NCBI GenBank assembly: GCA_010015805.1
Contig: ML978130.1
Location: forward strand, 372,001 to 436,000
DNA: 64,000 nt
Direction of reading: 5' to 3'
Source of the DNA: Rhizodiscina lignyota
Lineage: Eukaryota
Under the pieces are notes generated by a model. The model did not search any database. It was given only the letters and a program-made list of their open reading frames with translations, and had not been told where the DNA came from. Positions 48,181 to 61,197 of this stretch are shown one piece after another. A program made the position numbers and the translations under genes. The stretch's first letter is position 1, and each line of letters begins with the position of its first letter.

Positions 48181-48222
48181 ACGCGTCGGATCGCGTTGCA
48201 CGCGTCTTTCCCTCAGACGCGA
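48181..48222. promoter_or_regulatory. Cluster of MCB (MluI cell-cycle) boxes
   Basis: ACGCGT at 48181 and 48200, TCGCGT at 48191 and ACGCGA at 48217, upstream of thymidylate kinase. Confidence 0.75.
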
Positions 48223-48283
48223 GTTTTCCTTCAATGTTCAAATTCGACACTAAACTTGATACCTAAGCGGCCCACCGCCATCA

Positions 48284-49039
48284 ATGACGCGAGGTACATT
48301 GATTGTGTTTGAAGGTCTCGACAAGGCGGGAAAGTCAACGCAATGTCAGCTCCTTGTTGAAAGTCTACAGAAGGCCCAGGGCCGCAACGTCAAGCATTTG
48401 CGTTTTCCGGGTGAGAACATCAAATGAAACTTAACAATGCGTTATTAATATATTTCATAGACAGGTCAACGCCGATTGGTAGTATGATAGATAGCTATCT
48501 TCGGGGTCAGAGTCATCAAGAAGATCACGTTATACATTTGCTCTTCTCTGCCAATCGCTGGGAACTCGCGTAAGATACTTCTCCCAATACTCCTTGCTTG
48601 CCAAGACTGAGTAAATTGTAGCTCTACCATCGAGAACGACATCAAGAACGGTACCGACGTGGTTATCGACAGGTATTACTATTCAGGCTGTGTCTATTCT
48701 GCGGCGAAGAACAACCCGTCCCTGGATCTTTATTGGGCGAGGCAACCCGAAGTCGGCCTTCCAAGGCCTGACGTCTGCCTGTTCCTTGATATCTCCGCTG
48801 ATAAAGCCGCTGCCCGTGGCGGGTACGGGGCAGAACGGTATGAGAGCAAACAGATGCAAGACCGTGTTCGAGAGCTCTTTGCCGTTCTGCAAAATTCACC
48901 GGAAAAAGAGGACTTTGTCAGAGTTGATGCCGGCCAGATCCTCGAGAAGGTAGAAGCCGACATTTTCAAGGCAGTAATGGCCGTGGTTAACCGGATTACT
49001 GTGGACCAACCACCGCTTAGAAAGGTTGAGCCTTGGTGA
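48284..49039 (+). CDS. CDC8: Thymidylate kinase
   Basis: [13 protein letters not shown]-loop, [17 protein letters not shown] and DRYYYSG; introns 48411-48460, 48570-48621. Confidence 0.95.
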
Positions 49040-49118
49040 TGACTCGAGGTGTCGTATGATAATACCCATTGAGAGCCGCGACTTTGCTGTTGTCTCTCGG
49101 TTCGGTCCCGCTCTTGAT

Positions 49119-50523
49119 TCATGTTACAATCTCAGCATCGTCCCAGTCGCTCTTCTCTCCGGCCTTAACTGGTGTTGAAAGCCGATGAACAATGTCGGAA
49201 TCCGGTAACCAAGTGCCAGGGTCTTGATCGATTTCCATCGCTGACTCATGATTCAACCCGATGTTGTCCGAACCGTCTTCTTCAAGAAGATGACTGTTCT
49301 CCTCGAACGCCCGCTCCACTACAGACTTCCTGCTAGGAACCTTGAAGCCAGGCATATCGGACACGAACTCGTCCTCTTCATCATCTTCTTCAATACCACT
49401 CAGAAGCTTTTCCTTGGCTGCATGATCGGTAGCGGTACTCTGGGCGACCTGTGATCCTATAACTTGCTTTTCTCGAGTTTCGAATACAGCGTCCAGCACA
49501 TGTTGACCACGCGTCCTTAGACTTAAATCTTTCATCAGGTCGATCCATTGCAGTGTCGTTCCGCAGCTTTTACATTGGCCCGTGGTCGGCAATACGGCGC
49601 CATCTTGCCCCGCTTGCATTAAGAAATGTCCAGACAAACATCCAAGGTGTGACACTGCCTCACAGCTCTCCGAAGAACAAAGAATGGCAAGGTCCTCGTT
49701 TGGCTGGACTTCCTCTCGGCAAACGCTGCATTCATGGTGTATTCCGCCAACTAACGCATCTCGACTTCTTTTAAGCTGGTCTCGCATCGGTAGGTACGTT
49801 ACGTCTATCGATTCCACTCCCACAGACAGTCCCTGCGTATTGGCCGGGATCACCAAAGAGACTTTGATTCCTTTCCTGATCGAAGCTGGACACTGCTCAT
49901 CCCATCGAGTCCATACTTTGAAAACATCTTCGCTAAAGAAGTGAAGGTTCAGAGGCCAACGTTCAAAGCTCCTCATGCGCAGCAAGAGGTGAAGATTAGA
50001 CAATCTGCATTTGAGTGACATGGGTGGTCTCAAGCGCGCTGTGTACTTCTTGCCACCCTTCCTGGTTTTGGTGACGACCCGGGGATGGGTTATGCGTTCT
50101 GAATCCGGGATGTGCCGGCTATTATGCGGATTTTGCCAGGCCCATCTATAGTTGTGCGTCAGCAGATATTCCGCTAATTTATGTATCTTTATATTGCACT
50201 TGTGGGCGAGACACTGATCCCAGATGATTCAGTGAAGTTCCCCTTTGAAAAGGACAATTCCAAAAATGAATTTTAGAGGCTTAAAATATAACATACTCGA
50301 ATTGTAGCGCTGCAATTTTCGACGGGAATCCCGTTACCAGGCACACCATGTCCCATGGTCGGAATTTTTCCCAGCTCGTTTTCTTCGCACCGCCAACAGT
50401 GAGACCATTGTGCTGTTTTCGCCGACGTCTTGGATTTGGTGTGCTGCCGATATAGAGCGCAGCATGCTTCACCGTAGACCGTAACTGATAACAGCAATAG
50501 AATGCGGGGATCGGTCTATTCAT
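49119..50523 (-). CDS. SLX1: Structure-specific endonuclease SLX1 (GIY-YIG plus C-terminal RING)
   Basis: [35 protein letters not shown]-terminal C..C/H..C/C..C; intron 50146-50296. Confidence 0.93.
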
Positions 50524-51273
50524 GGCTTCTGTTGATGTCTAAAGGTCTTAGCGGAACGTTGCAGTCATTGAAGCGGCCGAGAAGCGAGAACTGGATGAGT
50601 ATGAGAACTTGTCACGAAAGATAGGTTCTGAACGACCAGCAAGGAGGAAGAGGTCGAGCTATTTCAGACTAGTAGAAGAAACGGAACCCTGCGTCATGAG
50701 AAGATATCGAGTTGAGATAGGCAGCGTTCGATTGTTTACGTTGAAGACAAAATGGCGGGGCGACAGGGGGGAATTTCGGAATTTCTTCGGAGGACTGAAC
50801 AACCGATTTCCAACATTATGTAATCACCCAGTTTCCATTGAAAGTTCCAATTGAGGTCGTTGCAATTTTTATTGTCTCCTTTGTATTTAGCTTTGAATAA
50901 TTCGTCTACATCTTTCGCCTGAGCTGCTTACTTGGTGGATTGTCTACTTGGCTTGAGGCACCTACAATGTGCTCCGTTAAGGCCCATCCGCATGTCTTGA
51001 CCGCTTGACTTTACGATTGTATGGAGTAAGGCAGCAGCTTTTGGCACTCGGTTGATTACTTTATATTTGCCGCATATACATTCTCTTGCTACATTAGCGA
51101 TCAGTTACATCGCATTTCAAAGGAGGCTTTCGCTTTTTGCCAGATATATCCGATCCACAGCAAAGGATGCCCGCGTTGCCTCCTGGTCCGAACACTTTCG
51201 TATCGGATACCGCTCACACACTTGTGTCCCCATCACTTGATTCTTTGACTTTCAAGGAGAACCACTCGTCAAT

Positions 51274-52018
51274 ATGACCGTGATACAGATCGACGTCATT
51301 TCTGATATTGTTTGCGCAGTGGGTCACTGTTCCTCGTCTCTGGGACTAAATGGCGCATAGCAAGTGCTAACATTACGCGGCGGCTTAGTGGTGTTACATC
51401 GGCAAGCGCAGACTGGAAAGAGCCATATCCATATATCAGAAAACATATCCCGGAGGAAGTTCCGACGTGTTCTCCATCAATTGGCGGCCATACTATCTCA
51501 ATTACAACCCATCTCCGCATAGTGTCGACAAGAGCGAGTTGATGGACACCAGATTGAGTGGGATGAGTCCAGAGCAACGCGCCGCCCTGATTCAGCGAAT
51601 GGATCAAATAGGGCGCTCTGTTGGGATCGACTTCAAAGGTGGTGGCAAGATTGGAAGCACGCGTGATGCGCACCGCCTGATTCACCTCTGCCAAGCAAAG
51701 TCTGCGGAAGTTCAAAATGACCTCGTTGAAAGACTGTTCCAGGCTTATCATGAGCTCGAGAAAGACATCTCAGACCGCGACGTGCTTCACAAAATTGCTA
51801 CAGATGCAGGCGTCAACACGGTTGAAGTTGATGAATGGCTGGCCTCCGATTTAGGTGCAGACGTTGTCGATGATGAAGCTCAGAAGAATCGAGACACGGA
51901 AGCTTCAGGTGTACCAACATTCATCATTCAAGGCGTTCATCGGCTTGAAGGCGCACAGGATCCGTCGGACTTGATGGAGATATTTGTGAAGGTAAAAGAA
52001 GGAGAAACGCATCAATGA
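51274..52018 (+). CDS. DsbA/FrnE-like thioredoxin-fold protein
   Basis: DVISDIVCA/WCYIGKRRL (CxxC across intron 51319-51388), DAHRL, SGVPTF and GAQ. Confidence 0.9.
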
Positions 52019-52154
52019 TAGTCGTTTCACTAAAAGCTGGGCAGTCACGCTGTGCTACGAGCTGCGTCATATCATCATCGATTGACTTGTTCATTGAACT
52101 ATATAAATGCCCGCTAGGACCTCGGGGGTAACGAGCATAAATGCAGCATTCACG

Positions 52155-53207
52155 CTAGATGCGTGAGAAGCCCGAACCAGCACCTGGGTGTTCTCCATAA
52201 ATATGCCGCACGAAATCGGCATCAGCGAGCCCCTCTGGCCAAGATTGAACATGCAGATCAGTGAGGTCGAACTCCATCGATTCCAGCTTCGCCTCCCATT
52301 GGGCCGCCAGAGAAGCCTCACCTGAACAGACCGGACAAGTCAAGTAGTTCATACGTGCGTCGGATCTGGATAGTTCAAACTGTTCAGTCACTAAGAGACG
52401 CTGTGTCCGAGGCTGCCTGTGCGGTATTGATTTGATCCTACCAGCGTCTGCGTGGACGTGCAGGCTAAACGGGGGCGTGTCGCCGTTTCCGGTCAGAGCA
52501 TAGGCAAAAGCGATGCGACCGTGAAATGTGCTTTCGACAAGCGCCAACCTTGCCTCGTCGTTCAGCATCTTGCTCTGCAACAGTGAGCAGAACGCTGCGG
52601 CAGACTGAACCGTCCGATCCCTCGCCTCCGGATATCCTAGAACACTCTGAAGCTTTATATTAATCGCAAGTCCCTTGAGGTTCTTGATCTTGCACATGTC
52701 AAATATTGACTTTGCATGCCTGTCCAAAAGGATCTGAGGTTCTGAAAATCTATGGGCCCAGTGTCCCTCCCACGGCAGCACTCGAACATCCGGCCAGTAA
52801 CGCAAATGAGTGTCTGACATAGTGAAGGCGAATGAGAGTATCAGCTCTTCCAGCTGCAAAGATTGTGCAGCAAAGTCCCCAAAGGCTATTGGCCAGTTCG
52901 GAGAGAGAAACTCCAGTGAGAGAGTCTTAATTTGAAGAAGATGTGCCGCAGGGAGATTACGCAGAAAATGCTCGGCAATCGTTGTGCTACGGATTCTGGA
53001 GTTTTTTCTCCCCCCAACAATCTGCTCCTCAGCCTCGCATTGTTGATCTACAAAATGAAAGGTATTTCTTTCATAAGGGAGCTTCGCAGCCTCGGCATAA
53101 ATCTGGCGGCAGGTGCGTAACAAGGCGACATTTGGTCGCGTTGGACTTTTGGTACGAGCAATGTCTGTGAAGGGCAGATTGCAATAATGGTATACAACTG
53201 TATTCAA
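52155..53207 (-). CDS. Hypothetical fungal protein (F-box-like/DUF7730-like N-terminus); first exon unresolved
   Basis: ALLRTCRQIYAEA...YERNTFHF motif; the ORF starts at TTG after an apparent intron. Confidence 0.6.
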   Translation of the reverse strand: MNTVVYHYCNLPFTDIARTKSPTRPNVALLRTCRQIYAEAAKLPYERNTFHFVDQQCEAEEQIVGGRKNSRIRSTTIAEHFLRNLPAAHLLQIKTLSLEFLSPNWPIAFGDFAAQSLQLEELILSFAFTMSDTHLRYWPDVRVLPWEGHWAHRFSEPQILLDRHAKSIFDMCKIKNLKGLAINIKLQSVLGYPEARDRTVQSAAAFCSLLQSKMLNDEARLALVESTFHGRIAFAYALTGNGDTPPFSLHVHADAGRIKSIPHRQPRTQRLLVTEQFELSRSDARMNYLTCPVCSGEASLAAQWEAKLESMEFDLTDLHVQSWPEGLADADFVRHIYGEHPGAGSGFSRI

Positions 53208-54209
53208 TTAGCTTTATATGAGAAGTGCTTCAGATGAATGTAAACGTACGTGCAGAGGTGTACTGCAGGTGACGGCAAATGCACTTCTGAAGGGTTCGCA
53301 CCGTTGGGCATGAAATCTCAAGCGCATCTCCAGATACGAGCGCATAATGATATACTATGTCGCGGAGTTCTCTGGGCAACGCAAGCAAAGACGACATGTT
53401 GCCCAGAATGGAACCTTTTTATATATCGTGGTACGAGAGTCGAGTGTATTGGGGAACATGAGATGTAGTTGACAAGACGAAGAATGTGATGTTTCCCGCT
53501 TGCCAGGGGTGCATACCTCATACATGTAGGCAATGACGCTGCTTACTTGAATCGGTGGAACTCCATGCCTAGTGGAAATTTTAATGACATGAGCATCTTA
53601 CAGGAATTTGTAGTCTTTGAATGCTAAACGAACTCTGTCCAGCTCTGAAACCAATATGTTGGGGTTTGCCATTGATAGACGACTACTCCGTATGCTGAGC
53701 GTAGCGGTACGTTTTTCAGGTTAGATGAGAGCAGTAAAACTTCCAGCTCTATAAATAGAAGATGCATTCGCGTGATCCGACAATGGAATCGACAATTCTC
53801 CTCCATATATCTCATCGGCGCCGTATCTCACTGCGGAGGGCCTTGCATGAGGCAGGTTGCTGAGTCTTCCAACGAGATCTTTCGATGAGGGCACCGCTAA
53901 TTGATTGATGCTTGTCTCTAAAAGCCTCTTGAGTTTAACCCGCCATGATGTACTCCGTACCGCACTGCCGCTCATTTCAACAGCTCCAAGTTTCTTTTCC
54001 TGTATTAGATATTATCTCTATTGATCTGTCAAGGTGTATCCGAGACAGAAGGCATGGGACATACATGGCCTTTGCAACATATAACTATGCCTCCGATTGT
54101 GACTTTTTGTGCGCCCTCTTGCAAGGGGCCCATTAGGTTGCTTCATGGTGAACTCTATTTCCATGCCGCAATTGAGCCCGAGATGCATTCCCATCATCTC
54201 TCAGCAACA

Positions 54210-56860
54210 TTACAACACCTCCACATCTCCGTATCTCTTCGCATACATCCCTAGCGCCCGGATCGGGAATATGAACTTGTAGTTCGGATACGAGATCATG
54301 CTGTGTCACTGATTAGCCCTTTCCTCTCACTCCACCACACGGTCTACTCACCAAGACTTATTAAACACCCCCTCAATCCCCTCCTGCAACCACTCCCCAT
54401 TGGCCTGCTGCCTCTCCATCAACAACTTAATCCCCCGCTTGAGCGCCCCCTTGCCCTGCACCTCATCATCCTCGTCCGGCCACCCCGCCTCCATCAACGC
54501 GATGCACGCCCACGCCGTATTAACGACCTGGGTGCCTTGCGGGTGCGGCACCCACTTGGCCGTCTCGCAGCTCTTGTAGCTCTCGCCCCAGCCTCCATCG
54601 GGATTCTGCTTCTCAACGAAGAAGCGACACGCCCTCCTCACGCGCTCCGAGTTGGCGTACCTCTCGCCCACACACGCGAGAGACTCCAACGCGAACATGC
54701 CCGCGTACGTGAAGCAGATGCCCCAGCTACCATACCAGCTCCCGTCCGGGCGCTGCGCTGCGCGGATGTACTTCAGCGCGCCGTCGAGGAACTTGTCAAT
54801 ATCTTCCTCTCTGTAGCAGCCCTTCACCTGGCTCTTCTCATCCGTGTGGTGCCCCTTGCCATAAAGCTTCTTAAACATGACCAAGGCGGTGACGCACGCC
54901 GTCGTGCACTCCGGATAATCGTACTCCACCATAATGCGACCGAACACCTCGGCTGCGTTGAGATACTCGAGCAGTTCGCTGCCACGTCGGTGCTCGTAGC
55001 TCGCGACGCCGCCGGTGCTGTTCTGCATGGTGAGGATGACGTCCACGGCGTCACGTAGCCTCTCGTCATCCACGAGTTTGGGGAAGCCGTCGAGGGCTTG
55101 TAGCATCATGACTGCTTTCATAGCCTCGCTAGTGCAGTCGCTGACCGTGTAGCCTTGCTCACGCGTGCTGAACGCCCACGCGCCTTTACGGGTGTGGCGG
55201 TAGCATAGGTCCTTCTCAACACATTCCTCACGAATCTGATGGTCATCTAGAAACTCCAGCGCCTTCGTCAGCATAGGTTTCCATTTCTTCTCCTGGGCGA
55301 GGCCGGCCTCAACGACGGCCTGTACAAGGAAGTTGGTGTCCCACGTCTGCACGCCGTTCGTGCCGTTGCAGAGCATGCCCTCGTCCTTGACCCACAGGAA
55401 CTCGGGGATGCGCTCGCGGTGGCGGCGCACTGAGTACGCGTCCGGTCCCTCCGTGATATAGCACGCCAGGAAATTCATTGGTGCATTGACGGGCGCCAGA
55501 TCTGCGTAATCGGTGTTCGCGTCTTCCATCTGGATGAGCTTCCACGTCCAGTCCTCGGCTTTCTGCTTGAGGGAGTCGGGGCGGAGATATGGGTCCCAGA
55601 CTTTGACGAGGAGCCAGTTGATGGCATTAAGGACCCACGTTTTGGGGTGGTAATTGTCGTAGGGGGAGATGTCGTTTCGGTGGGCGGAGAAGTCGATGCT
55701 GCTGTAGGGCTGCACGAAGAGTTCGTTGCGGAGGGATTGGATCACGGGGTCGGAGGAGGCGGATGGGTAGGTCCATTTCTTGCTTGCGATGTACGACATT
55801 GGGAGGAAGACTTGGCGGATGTGGATCCACCACCGCCAGGGGGAAATGGGGGTCCAGTCTGGTAGCAGCCTTTGATATCATTGTCAGTGCTTCCATCTGA
55901 CCAGACATTCACAATTGGAACATACCACAACTCAGCAGGTGCTGGATTCACGATACCCCACTCACAAACCCCCAGCACAGCCAACCACCACTTGCTCCAA
56001 TGCGGCCCATTTAGCACACCGCCCATCTCATGCAGTTTCGCCCTTGCCTTGACCATCCTCTCATCTTCCGCATCCGCGCCCAGCAGCCTCAGAATGGTAT
56101 AATTCATGCCCGTGCCAAACACCGACGTCACGCCCTCGATGTGCAGGCCCCAGCCACCATCCTCAGGGTGCTGCCGCGCGAAGAGGTAGTTCTTGATCTC
56201 GCTGGCATACGCAGGCGGGATGGGTGTCTGCGTCACATACCAAGTGATGACGATGCCGGGAAGGAGGAACATGGGGCCACCATATTCGCAGGCCCAATTT
56301 CCTGGTGGAAGTTGGAGGTGCTGAAAGAAGGAGAGGGCGTTGCGGGCATGATCGAGAGGAGTCTCTGGGGAGGGAAGGGTGGGAAGGCCCTGGATGGAGA
56401 TGGTCAGTTTGATGTTGGGGAGACGATGTGCAGTAAGTGATAAGGTAGATCAACGAATAGCATATGTTTGAGAGACTTCCAAAAAAGTTAAGAGAGGACA
56501 ACATGGCATCCAAAATGTGCCATCTCGCAAGATGAACTTGACATGAGCATGTCCGAAACAGAATCCACATACCGTCTCCAATCCCAACATATACCGATCC
56601 GCAATACTCTGCGGCCATTCCTTGCACTCCTCGTCGCTGTCCAGGTAATGCCATGTCTGCCTACCACGGTCGTCACGCAGCCTCCACCGTGAATAGTCCG
56701 TCTTCTCGTCTCTCGCCCTCTTGACTGAGTTCGTCACTGTATCTTGAGCTTTACGCTTCTTCGTGGGAGAGCTATTCGCGTGGACGGAAGTGCTGCCATT
56801 TGCATTGATGGGCGTGGACGATCTCGACGGTGTGGCGGATTGGGAGCGCGTGGTTACCAT
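54210..56860 (-). CDS. ERG7: Lanosterol synthase (oxidosqualene cyclase)
   Basis: GRQTW, DGGWGLH, GTNGVQ, QGYTVSDCTSE, QW repeats and CMISYPNY; introns 56390-56572, 55870-55925, 54301-54351. Confidence 0.95.
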
Positions 56861-57567
56861 TTTCGCGGATTTTAGGGGTTGGTGAGGGGGATAAGAGGAG
56901 CAATTGAGTATATGCAGGAAGAAAGAAGAAATCGAGAGAGTAGAAATCTTACTCCGTACCTAATACGAAGTCAATTGAGCATTACGCGGCGGTGAGGGAT
57001 GGCCGATTCCAATTCGCGCGTTTCGTTTGTGCCTGGCGATCTTCTCGCTTTGACGCACGGAAGGTGGTTGGTCCAGAGATCCGAGACGGCATAAACATGA
57101 CCACCAACAGCGGGAATAACTCAATTCATACATTGCTCATGCACGCCAATTGATTTCTGAATTCATGTAGGTGCTACTGTCAGTCCATACGAAATGAATC
57201 CAGTAAAGTAGATAGATTGCTTTCCACGGGATTACATCTGAAAAAGGCGCAACACTGCGAAGCACCGGAACTAGTCGAGAGCTTCACATAGTGTCATCAA
57301 ATATTGTTAGATGCAGAGATATGATGTAGATTGCAATGCTCTCGATGCATTAATATTATAAAACGAACGTGCTTCAGCATTGGGTATCCAAAAGTCTCCT
57401 CTCATCGCAGCTGGTATTACCCAGTCGTCCCACAAAATCCCTGTCTTCCTGGAATAAGACAAGAAGACAAGCCAGTATTCCCTTAGAAATAAAGCAATGA
57501 CACCCGCAAGAGCGCCAAATAATGCAATCCATCCCTCGTCATTAGCCCCTCTTCAATGAACCAGGAC

Positions 57568-58740
57568 TCAATCACTCAAATCCGGGTTTGCAACGAACAG
57601 CCTGACCCCGCTCATAGTGGTGGTCCTCTCATCTACACTTCCTCTTCTCATTAGCTCATCCTGAGTACTCTTCCTCTTCTTCTCCACTTCCTCCCTCTCC
57701 TGTGCGCTTTTCTCCGGCATAGGTGCCAGCTGCCCGAAACTATTCTCTCTACTCCCACCACTCGAGCTCCCTTGCGAGAGGCCAGTTTTGGTAGGGTGAG
57801 AGAAGTACGATGCGGAAGCGGGGGCAGGTACCGGAGTCTCTTCGTCCAACCGCTCCATATCGACAGGACTGGAGCCCTGGCCTGATGGAGGCGTGGAGCT
57901 CGAGCTGTTCCGCTGCCCAGGAGCGAGGAACTGACTGCTTGCACCTCGTCGTTCTGAGCCCAGTGAGCTCCGTCCACTGCCCGTGCGTCTGTGGTATGCG
58001 GAACCTCCGACTCCAGAAGGGTATCCTCCATAGCTATCTTCGTCCGAGTCGCCTTCGACTTCGTTGGCGCTCAAACGCATAGGTACACCCACACCTGCCA
58101 TGTTGCCACCAGCAGCGACAGTCTTCTGCGCACCGTGGTGCCGTATTTTACTCCTCAGGCCTTGACTTTGCGTGTTTGTAGGTGTGCCGCCACGTCCGCT
58201 GAGGTATGAGCCTGAATTACGCCCGCCCACGACTTCCATCGTTGCGCGCATCTTGGCTTGTTTCTGTGCGGCAAGCACTCTTGCGTCCTCATGCTGTGCG
58301 CGCTCACTCCATACAGTGGCTTTTTGTTTGCGCATTAGTGCGACATATGACGTGGGCACAACAGAAGAGATGGATCCTCGTTCGCTGCCGGAGCGCCGGA
58401 GGGCTGATGGGGTTCGTACAGGAGCAATGGCAGGACCGGCACCGCCGGATGAGGATGTTGATGTGGTGGCGTTGGAGAGCGTTCGCCGGGCAGGCTGGCC
58501 TTGTATGAATTGGTTCATACTTGGCTGGGAGGGGTATGCAGACGCTGACTGCATGGACGCGGCTGCATATGAGGAAGGAAGAGCGGAGGAGGAGGAGGTT
58601 CGCGTTCGAGAGTGGAGAGTATCGTTGTTGCTGCTTGTTGGCACAGGCGGTGGCGGTGGAGGGTTTTTAGGAAGCGGTTTGCGGTGAGGGATGGCGTAAG
58701 GAACATTGTTCGTGGCATAAGTGTCCACCATTGCGGACAT
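57568..58740 (-). CDS. Conserved-looking low-complexity fungal protein
   Basis: 390-aa ORF; SYVALMRKQKATVW.ER block and C-terminal RRGSVDERT..M..VRLFVANPD. Confidence 0.75.
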   Translation of the reverse strand: MSAMVDTYATNNVPYAIPHRKPLPKNPPPPPPVPTSSNNDTLHSRTRTSSSSALPSSYAAASMQSASAYPSQPSMNQFIQGQPARRTLSNATTSTSSSGGAGPAIAPVRTPSALRRSGSERGSISSVVPTSYVALMRKQKATVWSERAQHEDARVLAAQKQAKMRATMEVVGGRNSGSYLSGRGGTPTNTQSQGLRSKIRHHGAQKTVAAGGNMAGVGVPMRLSANEVEGDSDEDSYGGYPSGVGGSAYHRRTGSGRSSLGSERRGASSQFLAPGQRNSSSSTPPSGQGSSPVDMERLDEETPVPAPASASYFSHPTKTGLSQGSSSGGSRENSFGQLAPMPEKSAQEREEVEKKRKSTQDELMRRGSVDERTTTMSGVRLFVANPDLSD

Positions 58741-61197
58741 TTTAGGAATGTTTTACTGTTTGATGTTTGTGTGCCTGAGTCAGGTGGAGAGGGAGACAGA
58801 TCGATCTGTAAGACGTCGCACGGAGGGTGCTGCCCCTTAAGTCGCTCCCGCCCTTGAGGTTGGTGTGACGCAGGTCCCGAGGGAGCGAGGAGCGGAATTG
58901 AGGCTTGCAGTGGACAGTCTAGATTTTCGATCGGCTCAGTCTGCTAAATCGCTATTCCCCGGCGGCGTTGTTTCGCGGCGTGCGCGGCGGTCGCAGGGCT
59001 GTTTATACGGCGCGGTGGAGATGAGGAGCTCCTTTGGAACACGCTGAGGGCGAGGGGCGCTACTGCAATGCAGAACGGCCGGGCAGCTGGGATGCAGATT
59101 GACTGGCGCGTAGGCGAACGCTGCGATCTTCGCTGTCGTGCAGAGCGGGGTGATGCTCGCAGTATATCCGTACAGAGCAGAAGAGCTGTTCCACAATGTT
59201 GTGTCGAAGGGAGCGGTGACGGATGACGGCGAGTGCTTCGGGGCGCTTGCGCCTTAAGCAACGAAACGTGGATCCTCGCCGGGTCCGTGTGCGCGGGCGA
59301 CGATGAAAAGTGAAAACGCTGGCTGCAACGGCGTCAAGATGATCACTCCACTCTTCTCAGCCGCAATGGCACTGCCGAATGCAAGACAGGAGGGGCGTCA
59401 GAGTGCGCTTTTCGTAGGGCCAGCCAGCGGCGGGGCGCCGTGGGATTTTGCGAGATCTGGCGGCCGCTGACAGCGGATGATGGAAGACACGAGGCTAGCT
59501 GGCTGCTGCCAGTGCCAATGCTACGCTTCCCGGGCGCGCTTAAGAGTGCCTGGTCTGTGATAGTGAGGGCGAGCTGCTCGGCAGAGAGAAGCGAGGCGGA
59601 GGACAAGGCCACAGAGCCGCACGGCGCGGGAGGTCGGTGACAGAAGTATTCACAGCGGGTCAGGGAGAATTCTCCGTAGTGTGGTACGGGTCGCAATCAT
59701 TCCACTTTAATGGCTCGCCAAGCGTGACATCGTCGAGCGCGGATCCAACTTTATGACGTGAAATGACCAAGGCCAGAGTAACAAGAACCAAGGAAGCCCA
59801 GATCGCCGATTCGTGAGAGGTGCCAGTGCTCAGATCAACTCCTGCCCGCAAGAGCCTCAGAGGATTCGGAGGGCCATTTATCTAATCTCTAAACTACAGC
59901 TGCTTCTGCCCGTGCAAGGGAGCATTCTTGATTTCACCGGGCGCTGACTGCTCCGCGTGCAGATTCTCACGCGCTGAGGATTGCAGCGCTGCAGAAGCTG
60001 CAGCTAAGGCGAACGGCGCGCACATTGGCACATACGAGCGGAGTCGGGTCCGGCTGTCGCGCGAAGGCATGAGCTGCTCTTCGAATCTCATCGCGCAATG
60101 CTATCATGCCTCCCGGATCAGGAAATGGCGGAAGCTTCATCTCCCCCAATTCCGGCGATACCGGCGTGCCACTTCACCCTCAGCTCTCCGCTAGTCCACG
60201 CTGCAGTTCGGCAAGACGTTGAGCTTCTCGCCAGCAGCTCGTCCAGCCAGCCTTTCCAGCACGGTGGGACCACTTCTGAAACACATTTCGCATGCCACAG
60301 CTGTTTCGTCTCGCCATTGTGTGTCAATGGCCCTCGCATTCTCTCGTGCCACCGTGCCACCACGCCCCGCAGAGGCACCTTACGTGCCTACATATGCAGG
60401 GCCGGCCCCTCCCTCTCTTGTGTCTCCCCGCGCGCAAATGGGGATATCTCCCACTCACACGTTGGCCTCAACACTCTTCCACTCTTCTGCACGCCTTACT
60501 ATTTTAACGCCCCACCACGTTCTTCACATGGAGACACGAACTAACAGAATCGTAGGGCTGACGCGGACTTGGCACCACGGGGAGACTTATCCGCTCTTCG
60601 CGGTGATAATGCTTATGATGCTTCCGTCTACTTCCTGGGCGGGCCGTGCGAGGGGATCCGCGATATCGATTTCAAGGTTGGTGGGGAGATGTCGACACTC
60701 TTGTCCTTCGACGATAGCACCACACTCGTATCTGGCGTCGTAGCGATCAGCTTCCAATTGTCCGCGAATAGCCGTGATCATGCTATCAAACGGCAGTTGA
60801 GAAAGGAATCGTGAGCAATGCTGTCGACGCAGAAGGGCAATCATGCACTCCGCCTAAACAAACGAGCTCTGTCAAGAGAAAAGATGGTCAAACGCTTCAG
60901 CAATGACTGCCTGAAACTGTATCTTCACCGAAGCAAGTTTGAGCAAGCGTTCTTAAAATCATTTTCTTTCAAACTCTTTCACAGCTGTCCTGCTTGACGA
61001 ATTGAGAAGCAAATAGCGTTTGTCTGGTCTATCCTATTCCTCTTGTCCGGTTTCTTTCATATCATCATGCGTGCTTCCGCGTTTCCTGCGCCATCAAACC
61101 ATGCTACACTCATCATGGGGTATATCTATGTGGTTTCACGTCTTTCGTATCTTCCACAGAGCACCGTTCTTTTCTCTACAAGTCTTGAACAGCCATC

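Noticed and set aside
54210..56860. Oxidosqualene cyclase as the core of a triterpene secondary-metabolite cluster
   Set aside because: Lanosterol-type signature residues (GTNG, Q..TVSDCT) and no tailoring P450 or transferase genes adjacent
59670..59720. tRNA A-box-like GTAGTGTGGT
   Set aside because: No B-box (GTTCRA) or cloverleaf
60541..60814. Possible terminal exon after CTAAC...TAG
   Set aside because: No identifiable upstream exon or protein motif
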